Source: an uncultured Actinomycetota bacterium
Lineage (GTDB): Bacteria; Actinomycetota; Actinomycetes; S36-B12; GCA-2699445
Reading direction: 5' to 3'
Assembly: GCA_963766005.1 (NCBI GenBank)
Contig: CAVXYG010000012.1
Coordinates: forward strand, 337,172 to 401,171
Length of the DNA stretch: 64,000 nucleotides
Part shown: piece after piece, positions 47,987 through 59,381 of the stretch
Layout: each line of letters starts with the position of its first letter
Position numbering within the stretch: the first letter of the stretch is position 1
Made by a program: the position numbers and the translations under genes
Notes under the pieces: model-generated
What the model was told of the DNA's origin: nothing
Database searches by the model: none
Seen by the model: the letters and a program-made list of their open reading frames with translations, nothing else

Positions 47987-49731
47987 ATGAGCGAGAAGAT
48001 CACTGGGGCGCAGAGCCTGGTCAAGTCGTTGGAGCACGCCGATGTCGACGTGGTCTTCGGTATCCCCGGCGGGGCTATCCTGCCGGCCTACGACCCGCTG
48101 ATGGACTCCACCAAGGTCCGCCACATCCTGGTGCGCCACGAGCAGGGCGCGGGCCACGCCGCCGAGGGGTATGCCACGGCAACCGGCAGGGTGGGCGTCT
48201 GCATGGCCACCTCGGGCCCGGGCGCCACCAACCTGGTCACAGCTCTGGCGGACGCGCATATGGATTCGGTCCCCATCGTCGCGATCACCGGTCAGGTGGC
48301 GAGCAAGGCGATCGGTACCGACGCCTTCCAGGAGGCCGACATCCGGGGCATCACGATGCCCATCACCAAGCACAACTACCTCATCACCGACCCGGCGGAG
48401 ATCCCGCGCGCGATCGCCGAGGCCTTCCACATCGCGGCCACCGGGCGGCCCGGTCCGGTGCTGGTGGACATCTCCAAGGACGCGCTGCAGGCCATGACGA
48501 CCTTCCGTTGGCCGACCAGCCTGGAACTGCCCGGCTACCGGCCCACGACTCGGCCGCACACCAAGCAGGTGCGCGAGGCGGCCCGGATGATCGTGGCGGC
48601 GAAGCGCCCGGTGCTGTACGTCGGCGGCGGGGTCATCAAGGCTGACGCCCATGAGGAGTTGGCGCGGCTGGCCGAACTGACCGGAATCCCTGTCGTCCCG
48701 ACGCTCATGGCGCTGGGCGCCTTCCCCGACGGCCACCCGCAGAACCTGGGGATGCCGGGCATGCACGGCACCGTCGCCGCGGTCGGTGCGCTGCAGAAGG
48801 CAGATCTGCTCATCGCGATCGGGACCCGGTTCGACGACCGCGTCACGGGCAGGCTGGACTCCTTCGCGCCGCAGGCGAAGGTGATCCATGCCGACATCGA
48901 CCCGGCGGAGATCTCGAAGAACAAGCCAGCGGACGTGCCGATCGTGGCCGACGCCCGGCAGTTCATGGCAGAGCTGCACACCGCCATCGCTGCCGAGCAG
49001 GAGGACGGCCGCACCGGCGACTACCGCAAGTGGTGGGAGGTGCTGGACCGCTGGAAGCAGACGTACCCCCTGGGCTACGACCTGCCCAGCGACGGCACGC
49101 TGTCCCCGCAGTACGTCATTGAGCGACTTGGGGCGATCGCCGGCCCCGAGGCCATCTACGCCTCCGGGGTCGGGCAGCACCAGATGTGGGCCAGCCAGTT
49201 CATCTCCTACGCCAACCCGCGCACCTGGCTGAACTCCGGCGGGCTGGGGACGATGGGGTACGCGGTGCCGGCGGCCATGGGCGCGAAGGTGGGCCGACCG
49301 GAGGCCACGGTGTGGGCCATCGACGGAGACGGCTGCTTCCAGATGACCAACCAGGAACTGGCCACGTGCACGATCAACAACATCCCCATCAAGGTGGCGT
49401 TGATCAACAACTCCAGCCTGGGCATGGTGCGCCAGTGGCAGACCCTGTTCTACAACGAGCGCTACTCCAACACCGATCTGGAAAGCCATGCGTTCCCGGA
49501 CTTCGTGAAACTGGCCGAGGCCTATGGGGCTGTCGGGCTGCGCTGCGACAGCGCCGAGGACGTGGATGCCGTGATCGAGAAGGCGATGTCGATCAACGAT
49601 GCGCCCGTCGTGATCGACTTCCGGGTGCACCGCGATGCGATGGTGTGGCCCATGGTCGCCGCCGGTACCAGCAACGATGAGATCAAGGTTGCGCGCGACC
49701 TAGCGCCGCAGTGGGAACGGGGAGACGAGGA

Positions 49732-49735
<4 letters not shown>
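47987..49735 (+). CDS. ilvB: Acetolactate synthase large subunit
   Basis: [33 protein letters not shown]... TPP-binding [16 protein letters not shown]...GDGCFQM. Confidence 0.95.
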
Positions 49736-51331
<1,596 letters not shown>

Positions 51332-51347
51332 CCTCGACCGAATCGCC

Positions 51348-51390
51348 CGCTGAAGCCCGCCGAGGAGTCGCTCTCCGGCGGGCTTCAGCG
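51348..51390 (+). terminator. Perfect 15-bp stem-loop downstream of ilvC
   Basis: CGCTGAAGCCCGCCG-(13 nt)-CGGCGGGCTTCAGCG, starting 17 nt after the ilvC stop and followed by TT only. Confidence 0.6.
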
Positions 51391-51515
51391 TTGGCCGAGC
51401 GGCGGGATGGGCGCGCGCCAGGGCCTGCCTTCTTGCGGCTCCCGCACCGTCTGCCGCGACCGAGGCCTCGTGGCCTGCATCTGCGAGGCCGCCCACCTCG
51501 GTCCACGGTTCTTCG

Positions 51516-51599
51516 CCGGGAAGCCTCATCCAGATCGCGGTGGTGCTTCGGTCCACGCCGGGTTTGCCCGGCTGGGGCGATCTGGATGAGGCTTTCCGG
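51516..51599. other. 84-nt long hairpin / palindromic element of unknown function
   Basis: CCGGGAAGCCTCATCCAGATCGC (51516-51538) pairs with GCGATCTGGATGAGGCTTTCCGG (51577-51599), 23 bp with one G-U position. The 38-nt loop contains its own GCCGGG-tttg-CCCGGC hairpin. Confidence 0.5.
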
Positions 51600-51749
51600 C
51601 AACTCCGCGATCAGGCCGCCGCTGGGGAGTCGCTGTCGCGTCACACCGCGCATTTCGGGCAACATCCACGGCCCGTCCGCGGCGTTGTTCTCCACAGCCG
51701 AGCAGTCGCTCTGAGCAGGAGGGCACGCGCGGCCGGTCGCTCCGGAGCG

Positions 51750-52075
51750 GTCACGCCGCCCGGCGCACCTGCTCGATGGCTTGGGCGAGCGCTTGTGCCG
51801 GTTGAGCGCCGCTGATGCCGTAGCGCCCGTCGAGCACGAAGAAGGGAACGCCGGAGATCCGCAACTGCCGTGCTCGTGCAGCGTCGGCCGAGACCGCTTG
51901 CGCGTAGTCCGAGTCGGTGAAGGCAGGGAGGGCGCGGCGGGATCGAGCTGGATCGACCGAATCCGTACCGAGACCTGATCTCCGTCCGCTGCTGCGGAGC
52001 AGTGCCGTCCGAAGCGACGCTGTCCCGATGGAGCACCAAGGGCGGACAACATCGGTGTAGAGGTCGATACTGCAT
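51750..52075 (-). pseudogene. Remnant of a DsbA/FrnE-like thiol-disulfide oxidoreductase (frameshifted, internally deleted, CxxC mutated)
   Basis: Minus strand reads ATG CAG t ATC GAC..: (MQ)IDLYTDVVRPWCSIG (compare DVVCPWCYIG), then jumps to the C-terminal ...DSDYAQAVSADAARARQLRISGVPFFVLDGRYGISGAQPAQALAQAIEQVRRAA*. About 108 codons versus about 210-240 in intact family members. The ATG is out of frame by 1 nt. Confidence 0.55.
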
Positions 52076-52140
52076 GCCGTGGAGAGCGCAGCGGATGTTC
52101 ACGGCCTGCGCCAAAGGATCATCGGATCTAGTCTTCTCCC

Positions 52141-53373
52141 ATGTCGTATGTCGGAAGAGATCTGGATGCAGGGGATTTCGATGCCGTGATCACCGGCGTC
52201 CGCGAGTGGGCGGCGGAGGATCCCGTCTCCGCCTTCGCCGACCACGACGTGAAGCGGTGGTTGGCGCTGCGCTGGAAGGACCTGTTCCTGCGCGAAGCGG
52301 TGAAGGACCCGGCAGCCCTCGCCACGGCAGAGAAGCCCGTCGGTCTGGGCCGGTTGGTCAGCAACCCGCTCGGCACCGATCGGCGCGACGACCGGCAGAA
52401 GATCGCCGACCGGTTCCTCAAGGGCATCACGGCCGCCGAGTGGCAGACCGAACTCCCCGATGTCGATATGCCCGCGGTCGAGCGGACGCAATTGCTGCTG
52501 TGCCCGGGGCTGCTGTCGGGCATTCTCCATCCGGGTGCCCACGCCTTCGTCGACGAGGCTCCGCAGATCGCCGAGGAGTACGGGTGGCAGACGCTGCGCG
52601 CGGACCTGCACCCGTTCCGAGGCAGCGAAGCCAACGAGCAGGACCTGCTCGCGGCGCTGGACCGCGGCGAGGGATTCACCGCCGATCTGAAGCCCATCGA
52701 GAACCCCGTGCCGCCGGACAAGGTCTGGATCATCGGGTACAGCAAGGGCGGGCCGGACGTGTTGAGCTTCCTGGCGCACCATCCCGAGTACGCCGACCGG
52801 ATCGCGGGCGTCTACACCTGGGCTGGGGCCATGGGCGGCTCCTACACCGCCGACACGCTCTATTCCCAGATCAAGGACCTCGACACCAAGGCGATCTCCG
52901 ACCAGCTCGACGCCTTCCTGCAGATGCTCTCGCCGGGCTTGGTGGACCGCTCCGGCCTGCGGCGCGTCGACGAGTACGACATCAAAGGCGCCTTCCACGA
53001 TCTGCAGACCAGCGTCCGCGAGGAATTCAACGCCGAGCATGCCGCGCAGGTGAGCGAACTCGGCGTCCCATGGTTCAACGTCACCGGATCCACGACACCG
53101 CTGGAGGCGCCGGCATTCCAGTTCGCCGATACGGTGAAGATGTCGCAGTTCGATGCCAACAACGACATGCAGCTCACGCAGGCGCAAGCCCGGATGAGCA
53201 TCCCGATCGCGACCCACGTCGCGATGCTCCACGGGCACCACTGGGACATCGCCTACGCGCCGTTCCCCCTCCGGATGCGCATGATCTCGCCCAACCTGGA
53301 CCATCCGTTCCCCCGCAAGGCGGCGCTCGTGGCCTGTTGGCAGCAACTCGGCGAGCTGGGCCTCATCGACTGA
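52141..53373 (+). CDS. Hypothetical protein, probable alpha/beta-hydrolase (lipase-like) fold
   Basis: 410 aa. GxSxG-type elbow VWIIGYSKGGPDV, later NNDMQL and LHGHHWD as possible Asp/His. No Shine-Dalgarno sequence seen. Confidence 0.6.
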   Translation: MSYVGRDLDAGDFDAVITGVREWAAEDPVSAFADHDVKRWLALRWKDLFLREAVKDPAALATAEKPVGLGRLVSNPLGTDRRDDRQKIADRFLKGITAAEWQTELPDVDMPAVERTQLLLCPGLLSGILHPGAHAFVDEAPQIAEEYGWQTLRADLHPFRGSEANEQDLLAALDRGEGFTADLKPIENPVPPDKVWIIGYSKGGPDVLSFLAHHPEYADRIAGVYTWAGAMGGSYTADTLYSQIKDLDTKAISDQLDAFLQMLSPGLVDRSGLRRVDEYDIKGAFHDLQTSVREEFNAEHAAQVSELGVPWFNVTGSTTPLEAPAFQFADTVKMSQFDANNDMQLTQAQARMSIPIATHVAMLHGHHWDIAYAPFPLRMRMISPNLDHPFPRKAALVACWQQLGELGLID

Positions 53374-53493
53374 CGCCACCGTGCGACGCGGGTCGGTCCG
53401 GCTGGCCGCCCAGGTCCGGCTGCGGCGTCCTGCCACGGAACCGGCAGAGCGGCGCCCTTGCGTCGCCCGATGTCTAGGGCATAGGACTAAGTC

Positions 53494-54168
53494 ATGCACG
53501 CAGACATCCGCTATTCACCGGCCTTCGCCATGGCAGTGGTCACGCTCGACCCCAACGAAGAGATCAAGGCCGAGGCCGGCGCGATGGTCGCCAAGTCCGA
53601 CGGCGTCGACATCCAGACCACCACCCAGGGCGGATTCCTCAAGGGACTGACCCGGAGCTTCGGCGGCGAGTCGTTCTTCCAGAACACCTTCACCGCGGGT
53701 CCGCAAGGTGGTGAGGTGACGTTGGCGCCGAGCCTGCCCGGCGACATCGTGTCCTGGCAGTTGAGCGGTCAGACGGTGTACCTGTCGTCCGGGGCCTACT
53801 TGGCGTCGTCGACGTCCATCGATGTCAATGCGAAGTGGGGTGGGGCCAAGACCTTCTTCAGCCGCGAGGGTCTCATCATGCTGCAGGTCAGCGGTCACGG
53901 GCAGCTGCTGGTCGCGTGCTACGGGGGGATCGAGGCGCGCGACCTCGGACCGGGGCAGCGCTACACGGTCGACACCGGCCACATGGTGGCCTGGGCCGAG
54001 GGCGTGCAGTACAACGTCCGCAAGGTCGGCAACTGGAAGTCCACGATGCTGTCGGGCGAGGGTCTGGTGGTCGACCTCACCGGTCCCGGCCGGATCTACG
54101 TGCAGAGCCGCAGCCCCGAGGCGTTCCTGGACTGGCTCATCCCGAAGCTCCCCCAGCGCTCGAACTGA
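53494..54168 (+). CDS. AIM24 / TIGR00266-family protein
   Basis: 224 aa. IKAEAGAMVAKSDGVDIQT...GESFFQNTF...GEGLVVDLTGPGRIYVQSR is typical of the family. Confidence 0.8.
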   Translation: MHADIRYSPAFAMAVVTLDPNEEIKAEAGAMVAKSDGVDIQTTTQGGFLKGLTRSFGGESFFQNTFTAGPQGGEVTLAPSLPGDIVSWQLSGQTVYLSSGAYLASSTSIDVNAKWGGAKTFFSREGLIMLQVSGHGQLLVACYGGIEARDLGPGQRYTVDTGHMVAWAEGVQYNVRKVGNWKSTMLSGEGLVVDLTGPGRIYVQSRSPEAFLDWLIPKLPQRSN

Positions 54169-54967
54169 CCGGGGCAGCCCAGGCACCCCCAGCTGCCGGC
54201 AGGTCAGCTCGTAGGCCGCCCGGGCGAAGCCAGCATCGGCCGCGGGGCCGGTGATGGCGCGCGCCCGGTCTCGGATGAAGAACGACCCGCTGGTCTCGGC
54301 GACCCCGGGGTCGAGTGCGAGGTGCACGCTGGAGGCCGCGCCTTCCTCGACTGTCTGCTGCGGCACGCTGCCGAAGGCGGCCTCGAGCAGTTTCGTGCCG
54401 ACGACGCCCGGGTGCAGCGCGTTGAGCGTGACCGGAGGCTGGGGCCCGAGCCGACGCACGACCTCCGCCATCGTCAGGACGTTGGCGAGCTTGGACTGGC
54501 CGTAGGCCTCTTGGCCGTCATAGGGCCGGGAGGCGTACTCGGGGTCGGCGAGGTCGAGGGTGGCGCGCGCGTACATCGCTGCCGAGATGAACACGACCCG
54601 CCCGCGCCGTTCGGCCAGTGGATCGAGCAGCAGATCCGTGAGCAGCGCCGGGGCCAAGTGGTTGACCTGCCAGGTCGTCTCGTGGCCGTCAGGCGGTCAG
54701 GGTCCGGGACTGCGCGAAGGTCCCGGCGTTGTTGACGAGCACGTCCAGACCGGTGTCGGCGATGGACTCGGCCATGGCGCGCACGGCCGCCAGGGAGGTG
54801 AAGTCGGCGACGGCCCCGGTGGCGCGGCCCCCGATCGCAGCCACGGTGGCGGCAACCCGATCCGCATCACGACCGTGGACGACGACATCCGCTCCCCGGG
54901 CCGCGAGCGCGTGCGCCGTGGCGCGACCGATGCCGTCGGTCGCCCCGGTCACCAGAACGGTTGTCAT
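54169..54967 (-). pseudogene. Short-chain dehydrogenase/reductase disrupted by a 1-nt frameshift (3' boundary unresolved)
   Basis: N-terminal ORF 54689..54967 (TGATDGIGRA...LVNNAGTFAQSRTLTA*) continues in another frame as DGHETTWQVNHLAPALL...YGQSKLAN... Removing the single base at 54691 restores one frame. Confidence 0.7.
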
Positions 54968-55086
54968 ACAGCCAGTGTCGGGTTGCGCGCACTCCCAAGC
55001 ATCTCCGGAGGCGGATCAACTCCGGCCCGGCGGTGAGCGCGCGACCGCTCGTCAGCGCGCACGGTGGAAGCCGTCTCTGGCTCGGC

Positions 55087-55201
55087 GGCCGCCGCCGCTC
55101 GCCCCGCCCGGCTGCCCGGCCGCCGCCGTTCGCCCCGCCCGGCCGCCCGTTCGCCCCGCCCGGCGGCTGGGCGGCCGCCGCCGCTCGGCCCGCCCGGCTG
55201 C
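55087..55201. repeat. GC-rich imperfect direct repeats (three ~29-nt copies plus one partial copy)
   Basis: GGCCGCCGCCGCTCGCCCCGCCCGGCTGC (55087-55115). A 26-nt copy at 55118-55143 (1 substitution). A partial GTTCGCCCCGCCCGGC at 55149-55164. A 29-nt copy at 55173-55201 (1 substitution). Confidence 0.8.
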
Positions 55202-55370
55202 GGTGGGGCCCGGACAGCGCTCGGCTGCACCCGGCCGAGGGGGGCATCCAACCGCGCGACCCTTGCCCCGATGATCGTGATGCTGCCCAACCGCCGGCCG
55301 CCAGATGACGTGTGCGGAAACCCGGCAGGTCGCCTGCGCAGGGGGAGGATCCGCGCCGATCGTGCCGGAG

Positions 55371-57459
55371 TCAGCCCGTGGTGTCGAAGGCAGAACCAAC
55401 CCGGGCGTAGGCGGGGAACGAGGCCTGCGGAAAGGTTCGGTGGAGCCATCCAGTGCCGGTCTCCCCGGAACCGTCGAACATGTTCCGCCACTGCCCGTCG
55501 GGCAGGTAGAAGGTGTGCGAGCCGCTGCGGGCCAAGAGCGGGGCGACGACGACGTCCGGCCCCAGGAAGTACTGCAGGTCGGCATCCCGAGCGGCACGAT
55601 CGTCGGGGAGTTGCAGCGGCATCGGCCGGAGCAGCGGCAGCCCGTGGGCCAGTCCTGCCCGGTAGGCAGCAGCCAGCGGCCCGGCGATGCGGCGCCGCAG
55701 TCGGAACGCCGCGATCGCGGCGCTGCGGAACGGCTCGGGGTAGGCCGTGGGCTCCCGCAGGCCGAGGCCGTGCAACCGCATGAACGGCGTCACGGCGCCC
55801 CATTGGACCCATCGCGTGTAGAGCGCCGGCTCGACCTCGGCGGTGAAGGGCACGTCGAGCCCGTCGAGCCGCTGGGCGGGGATCTCGCCGGTGCCGGGGG
55901 AGATGAAGCCGCCGGCATCGTGCGCGACGATGCCGAAGCCGGACATCGACAGCGACTGCACGCTATAGAGCGCCGCCGCCAAGCCGTCCCATGTGGCAGG
56001 GCTGTCGCCCACCCAGTGCGCGGGGTTGCGCTGTGCGCCGTGAGTGCCGGAGCGGCAGAACAGCGGCACCGGCTCGTCGGGCCGCAGGTCCTGCAGCGCC
56101 TCGGCCGTGGCCAGCTGGTACATGCGCGCATAGGCGTTGCGGATGTCCGTGCCGCGCCGACCGTCGCTGGCACACGGCATCAAGCGGCATCTCCTCGGCG
56201 AAGTCCAGCTTCAGCGCGTCCGGGGCCACCTCGGTCAGCAGGCTCGCGAGGGCGTTGCGCCACCAGGTCCGCGCGGCCGGGTTCGTGAAGTCCACGATCC
56301 AGCGGTTGCCTCGGTCTGCCGTGCACGCGGGCTCCCCGTCGGGCCGACGCAGCAGCAGCCCCTGCTCGCGCAAGGCCTCGCCCACGTCGCTGTCGGCCAG
56401 CACGAAGGGGTTCAGCCACACGCTGCTGCGCACGCCGCGGCGCCGCAGGCGTTCGGTCCAGCCGTCGGGGAAGCGCTGCCGGTCGGCCTGCCACTCGCAG
56501 GTGAACGTCCGGAAGACGTTGCCCGCCAGCCATCCGTCGACGTGGACCACATCCGGCAGCGCGTCGGCAGCCTCGAGGTCGTCCAGGACCGCGCCGATCT
56601 CCGACTCGCTGATGAAGGTGGCGCGCGACAGCCAGACGCCGAAGGACCAGTCGGGCAGCGGACCCGGTGCGCCGGTCAGCTCCCAGTACGTCGCCAGGAC
56701 GCGGCTCGGCGGGCCGGCGAAGGCCAGCAGATCCAACGATGCCCCCGCGACGCCGATCGAGAGCAGTTCCTGCTGGGAGGCGCCCGCGTCCACGCCCACC
56801 ATGCCGCCGGTGTTCACCAGCACCGCCCACCCCGATGTCGACCACAGCAGCGGCACGTTCAAGTAGGCGAGGTCCCGCCCCGTGGCGGTGTGCGTCTCCC
56901 GGTTCAGCAGCGTCCGTCGGCGTCCGCGCAGGTCCAGCGACTGGAAGTTCTCGCCGCCGCCGAACACCGCGCTGCCGGTCGCCAGCGCTATCGACTCGGC
57001 CCATCCCACGGGGCGGTCGCGGTGCAGCAGACGGCCGGTGCCGGCCGCCATGTCCACGATCGGCAGAGCGTCGGGGTCGGCCACGGCGAACAGGCTGCCG
57101 CCCGGGCGCGGCAGGGTGTCGGTGACGAGCCCGCCTGGCCCCAGCGCTGCGATGACCCCCGGCCCGGCGATGCGGACCGAGTCCGGCCCGGCCTGCTCCA
57201 CCGCGACCTCGTGGTCCTCGCTGTGCAGCACGAGGTCCGCATCGCCGATGGTGAGCCGGACGACACCGGGGAGCGGGCAGCGGATGACCGCCGCGACCGA
57301 CGCTCCGCTTGCATAGTGCAGCACCACGCGCGGCTCGGTCCCCGTGCCGCGTCCGGTGACCGACATCAGCGGATCGATGCGCAGGTCGCTGTCGATGCCG
57401 CCGAAGGGCCGCCACCACAGCGGATCGGCGGCGAATTCGTAGCCCTCCATGGCAGGCAT
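55371..57459 (-). pseudogene. Glycoside hydrolase family 31 (alpha-glucosidase/xylosidase-like) split by a frameshift
   Basis: ORF 55963..57459 carries the N-terminal and catalytic region up to ...ALKLDFAEEMPLDAV. Homology continues in the +1 frame of ORF 55371..56183 (..ASDGRRGTDIRNAYARMYQLATAEAL...). The switch lies within about 56165-56185. Confidence 0.75.
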
Positions 57460-57551
57460 CCAATCAGTCGGTAACGCCGGTAGCCACGTCGGTCAAGGTA
57501 AGGTGGACGGGTCTGATTCCGCGGCGTCCGCCCCTATCTGGAGTCCCACCT

Positions 57552-59138
57552 GTGTCGAAGCCGATCGTGCTGATTGCTGAAGAACTGTCCCCGGCCACCG
57601 TGGAGGCCCTCGGCCCCGATTTCGAGATCCGGTTCTGCGACGGGGCCGACCGGGCCGCGCTGCTCCCGGCGATCGCGGAGGTCGATGCGATCCTCATTCG
57701 CTCGGCGACGAAGGTTGACGCCGAGGCGCTCGCTGCGGCGAAGCGCCTGAAGGTTGTGGCGCGCGCGGGCGTCGGCTTGGACAACGTCGACGTCAAGGCC
57801 GCGACCGAGGCCGGTGTCATGGTGGTCAATGCTCCGACCTCGAACATCGTCTCCGCGGCGGAACTCGCCGTGGCGCTGCTGCTGGCCAGCGCCCGCAATA
57901 TCGTCCCAGCCAACGAAGCGCTGAAGAACGGCGAGTGGAAGCGGTCCAAGTACTCCGGTGTGGAGCTGTCCGACAAGGTGGTCGGTGTCGTCGGCTTCGG
58001 CCGCATCGGCATCCTCGTGGCGCAGCGGCTCTCGGCGTTCGGCGTGCAGCTCATCGCCTACGACCCGTACGTGCAGCCCGCCCGCGCCGCCCAGCTCGGC
58101 GTCCGGATGGTGGAGCTGGACGAGCTGCTCGCCACCGCCGACTTCATCACCGTCCACCTGCCGAAGACCCCGGAGACGCTGGGCCTCATCGGCGAGGAGG
58201 CGCTGCGCAAGGTCAAGCCGAGCGCGCGCATCATCAACGCCGCCCGCGGCGGCATCGTCGACGAGCAGGCCCTCTACAACGCCATCGCCGACGGCCGCGT
58301 CGCCGGCGCCGGTGTGGACGTCTACAGCAAGGAGCCGTGCACCGACTCGCCGCTGTTCACCCTGGACACCGTCGTTGCGACCCCGCATCTGGGCGCCAGC
58401 ACCGATGAGGCTCAGGAGAAGGCCGGTATCGCGGTGGCGAAGTCGGTGCGCCTGGCGCTGGAGGGCGAGTTGGTCCCCGACGCAGTCAATGTGCAGGGAG
58501 GCGTGCTCGCCGAGACGGTGAAGCCGCTGCTGCCGCTGGCCGAGCAGCTCGGCGCCATCGCCTCGAGCCTGTCCGGCGCGCCCATCGAGCGGGTGGATGT
58601 CGAGGTCCTCGGCGAAGTCGCCTCAGAGGACATCCGGGTGCTCGAGCTCTCCGCGCTGAAGGGCATCTTCGGCGCGCTGATCGACGACCCCATCTCCTAC
58701 GTGAACGCGCCGCTGGTGGCGAAGGCCCGCGGTGTGGAGGTTGCGCTGACCTCCGACTCCGAGAGCTCCGACCACCGATCCATGGTGCGGGTCCGCACGA
58801 CGCTCACCGACGGGTCGACGGTGAGTGTCGCCGGGACCGTCACCGGCGCCCGGCACGCCACGAAACTGGTGCAGGTGGACGGGTTCGACCTCGATGTGGC
58901 AATCAGCGAGCACATGGCGTTCCTCGGCTACGTCGACCGTCCCGGCGTGGTCGGCACCATGGGCCGGATGCTCGGTGAGCAGGGCATCAACATCGCGGGC
59001 ATGCAGGTGGGCCGAACCGACGCCGGCGGCGACGCGCTCACGGTGCTGACTGTCGACTCCGCGATTCCCTCCTCGACGATCGAGGAGATCGTCGAGTCCA
59101 TCGGGGCCGGTTTCGGTCGCGCTGTGGATCTCGTCTAG
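57552..59138 (+). CDS. serA: D-3-phosphoglycerate dehydrogenase (long form with ASB and ACT domains)
   Basis: GTG 57552. [18 protein letters not shown] site, [18 protein letters not shown] motifs. 528 aa. Confidence 0.93.
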   Translation: MSKPIVLIAEELSPATVEALGPDFEIRFCDGADRAALLPAIAEVDAILIRSATKVDAEALAAAKRLKVVARAGVGLDNVDVKAATEAGVMVVNAPTSNIVSAAELAVALLLASARNIVPANEALKNGEWKRSKYSGVELSDKVVGVVGFGRIGILVAQRLSAFGVQLIAYDPYVQPARAAQLGVRMVELDELLATADFITVHLPKTPETLGLIGEEALRKVKPSARIINAARGGIVDEQALYNAIADGRVAGAGVDVYSKEPCTDSPLFTLDTVVATPHLGASTDEAQEKAGIAVAKSVRLALEGELVPDAVNVQGGVLAETVKPLLPLAEQLGAIASSLSGAPIERVDVEVLGEVASEDIRVLELSALKGIFGALIDDPISYVNAPLVAKARGVEVALTSDSESSDHRSMVRVRTTLTDGSTVSVAGTVTGARHATKLVQVDGFDLDVAISEHMAFLGYVDRPGVVGTMGRMLGEQGINIAGMQVGRTDAGGDALTVLTVDSAIPSSTIEEIVESIGAGFGRAVDLV

Positions 59139-59183
59139 CCCGGCAGCACTTGCGGCGCTCACGGTCCTGATCCGTCGACGCAG

Positions 59184-59246
59184 CATGTCCCGAAACCTAC
59201 GCAGCCGAGCCCGATTGGGGGCCTGGAACGTGGGTTTCGGGACATG
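59184..59246 (+). terminator. 18-bp stem-loop 45 nt downstream of serA (no U-tract)
   Basis: CATGTCCCGAAACCTACG (59184-59201) pairs with CGTGGGTTTCGGGACATG (59229-59246). One G-U pair, 27-nt loop. Confidence 0.45.
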
Positions 59247-59381
59247 ATCGTCTTCCAGCCGCTTGCCCTGGCGCTGCGCCACCATCCCGCCGTCAGATCC
59301 GTCGCTCGCCATACTGAAGTGCGCTCCCCTGGCAGACTGCACGCAGAGCGGCGATGATCGGGGGTGGCGGAAGGGCGACGG

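Noticed and set aside
53515-54657. The 380-aa minus-strand ORF taken as one intact gene
   Set aside because: Only its first ~165 codons show SDR homology, and they lack the N-terminal Rossmann half, which is in another frame. The remaining ~215 codons are the antisense shadow of the AIM24-family gene.
55087-55201. CRISPR-like array
   Set aside because: The repeats are imperfect, GC-only and irregularly spaced with essentially no spacers, and there are no cas genes in the window.
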